NCBI RefSeq assembly: GCF_963921235.1
Contig: NC_086097.1
Coordinates: 96,164,001-96,228,000 of the forward strand
Length of the DNA stretch: 64,000 nt
Source of the DNA: Mobula hypostoma
Lineage: Eukaryota
Direction of reading: 5' to 3'
Position 1 is the first letter of the stretch; every line of letters starts with the position of its first letter. The notes beneath the pieces are model-generated. The model did not search any database. It saw only the letters and a program-made list of their open reading frames with translations, and was not told where the DNA came from. Below, piece after piece: positions 59,127 to 64,000 of the stretch. A program made the translations under genes and the position numbers.

Positions 59127-61414
59127 ATATTCAATTGCATCTTCATGCAAGAAATGACTTGCTGGCTCGGCTTACTTTCACTTTTCAGCCTTGCTGGTAC
59201 TCTCTCCAAAAAAAAAATCACATGAGGTAGGTTAAAACAAATAATCAGTGTAGGGAAACTCCAAGATAACAGCACAATTTCTAGGCCCTGTACTGTGCTA
59301 CACCTTTCTGGAAATGGGCTTTATGTGGCTTTGTTAGCAGGCTTTCTTTATATGCTTAACCTCAAAAATATTTTGTAACTTGTGTAATGTGTTGACTGAC
59401 TATAGGCAATGAAATTTTTTTAAGTAAATACTGGAAATGATTAACTCTAATGATTGAGTAAGAAACAGAATTCCTGAGGAGAGTGAACTAAAATCAAACC
59501 AGATAATGAAGGAAGATTAAGGGGAGAGGGTGAAAAATCTGAATAAGAAAAATGAAATGTTAAACAGTTAAAAAATGAAAATAAGATCACTATTTGCAGG
59601 ATTGAAACTAAACAATTTAAGTTATTACATTTCTGGGCCAGAGAATTGAATTGGCATTGCATTAATGACTACCAAGTTACTTCTGATGTTAATTACCACA
59701 CTTGATATTTTGTTCTGTGTGATTTGTAAACAATCCATACATGCAACTACTAATGTGAAGAAAATGACAGAGTAGTCCAAATCAACCAGGAAGTTCTGGG
59801 TATTCACAACCCAGGATGGATCATTAAATCTCCTGAATTTACTAGCTGATTTGCAGAATAATAATGGCATGCTTAATTAACAGAAAACTGCTTTTTCAGC
59901 AAGATACGGCTCATTGAGTTACAGGCAGATGTGCTTGGGGCAGCTGAAGTTCCCTAAATTGGTGACCAGCAGACAAGGGGGTCAGGGAAAGAAGGTTATA
60001 CATGAAAGACAGGATTACCCATGTTGTTGCCATCATCCCGGGGAAATGTTCCTGTGGAAGCAACCTTGTCCTGTTAATCAGCACTGAAAGTGCCTTGAGA
60101 TTGGCAGCTAAAACTCCAATATAAAAAAGCAAATGGATTTTTTTTTCTGTAAAGCACTGATTGCTGTATTGATTATGCCCATATTTTAGTTAATACTTTC
60201 AGATTCAGGAACAATGGTTTATATTTCAATTAGTTTTAAAGAGAGACTTTTAAAATACATTCTATGCTAATGCAAGGGATTACTTACACAATTTATTTTG
60301 GTTCATTTCTTCTTATTTATCAGTCTGTTTAGAACAAGGTAGGAGGGCTGAAGGTGAAGAGATGTTATGATATCCCTTTTTTGCGAGAAATGGAAACTCA
60401 TGTCTGCCCTGTGATTTATCAACTGGACATATTCTCAACAGATGGTAGTTAGAGACCACATCTGTTAATTATTTACGTAAATCTCAACTGAACACAGCAC
60501 TGGGTATTAAGACCATTACTGATATACTCTAAGTAGCTGGGTAAAAGTTGAATGTTTCTTCAATAGCATCTGTAGCCCAAAATTTCTCTACATACAGTTT
60601 AATACAGACCTAATTACTTCAATTTCAATGACCCTCCAAGAAATTACAGAGGTGCAAGTTAGAGGGATCTAAATAAGATACTTATTCCAAAACAGCCAGG
60701 GGGTAATCATGTGTGAGAAATCTGTACCAATTGCTTCTGATGCAGGCAGCATGATAATCTAATTTCTCCTGACCACTTAGGAGACTGTCTCGTGCAGCCT
60801 TAGTGTATAGTTAATTGGCCACACACCTCACCAGGAGCCCAGTTTCATGAGCGGAGAGTGCAAGTTTGTGCCGGCCCGCACTGATTAAAATCAACCTGTA
60901 TCTTCTTAAAGAAGTGCAACATTGTTGCTTTGTTCGGCTACAAAAACCAACTTGGAATGGTGCCAAGAATCAGAATTATGTTTATTACCATTGACAAGTA
61001 AAGTGAATGATTTTTTGGTGAAAGTAGTGCCGTGCAAAGACCGTAAAAATGTATATATTACTAAAATAAATAGTTAAAAAAGGAATAACAAGGTAGTGTT
61101 CACGGTCTGTTCAGAAATGTGACAGTGGAGGGGAAGAAGCTCTTCTTGAATCGTTGTCTATGACTAGCATGTCCACGAGGAAGATTCTGTTGTTTCAGAC
61201 GCAGCAATGGAGCCATAGAAACATAGAAAACCTACAGCACGATACAGGCCATTCGGCCCACAAAGCTGTGCCGAACATGTCCTTACCTTAGAAATTACCT
61301 AGGGTTACCCATAGCCCTCTATTTTTCTGAGCTCCATGTACCTATCCAGGAATCTCTTAAAAGACCCTGTCGTTTCCGCCTCCACCACCATCGCTGGCAG
61401 CCCATTCCACGCAT

Positions 61415-63499
<2,085 letters not shown>

Positions 63500-64000
63500 A
63501 CTCTCTGCGTAAAAAAACTTACCCCTGATATCTCCTCTGTACCTACTTCCAAGCACATTAAAACTGTGCCCTCTTGTGTTAGCCGTTTCAGCCCTGGGAA
63601 ACAGCCTCTGCCTATCCACATGATCAATGCCTCTCATCATCTTATACACCTCTATCAGGTCACCTCTCATCCTTTGTCGCTCCAAGGAAAAAAGGCCGAG
63701 TTCATTCAACCTATCCTCATAAGGCATGCTCCCTAATCCAGGCAACATCCTTGTAAATCACCCTTTCTATGGTTTCCACATCCTTCCTATACTGAGGTGA
63801 CCAGAAGTGAGCACAGTCCTCCAAGTAGGGTCTGACCAGAGTCCTATATAGCTGCAACATTGCCTCTTGGCTCCTAACCTCAATCCCATGATTGATGAAG
63901 GCCAATGCACTGTATGCTTTCTCAACCAGAGTCAACCTCCACAGCAGCTTTGAATGTTCTATGGACTCGTACCCCAAGATCCCTCTGATCCTCTACACCA

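Overview
This is vertebrate nuclear DNA, most likely from a cartilaginous fish (ray or shark), inferred from the repeat landscape and the CYP1C sequence. I can support one host gene: an intact cytochrome P450 family 1 gene with an uninterrupted ORF, most likely CYP1C (ATG 29828 to stop 31420, 530 aa). It lies in a CpG-rich, largely transposon-free island. Most of the remainder is decayed and often nested mobile elements: CR1 LINEs, Rex1/Babar LINEs, a Tx1/L1 fragment inside a probable solo LTR, Penelope-like fragments, tRNA-derived SINEs, two Tc1 elements, mariner-type fold-back MITEs, hAT-like elements and a Chapaev3-like remnant. The most notable signals are (i) minimal type I hammerhead ribozyme motifs in the Penelope pseudo-LTRs, one with an intact core; (ii) a DNA transposon family with exact 6-bp target site duplications (TSDs) plus a derived 93-bp MITE; (iii) young CR1-in-CR1 nesting that creates a chimeric ORF; and (iv) CYP1C regulatory features. 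I found no convincing evidence of a wholly new biological system. Repeat boundaries without a stated TSD or terminal inverted repeat (TIR) are approximate and were read by eye.
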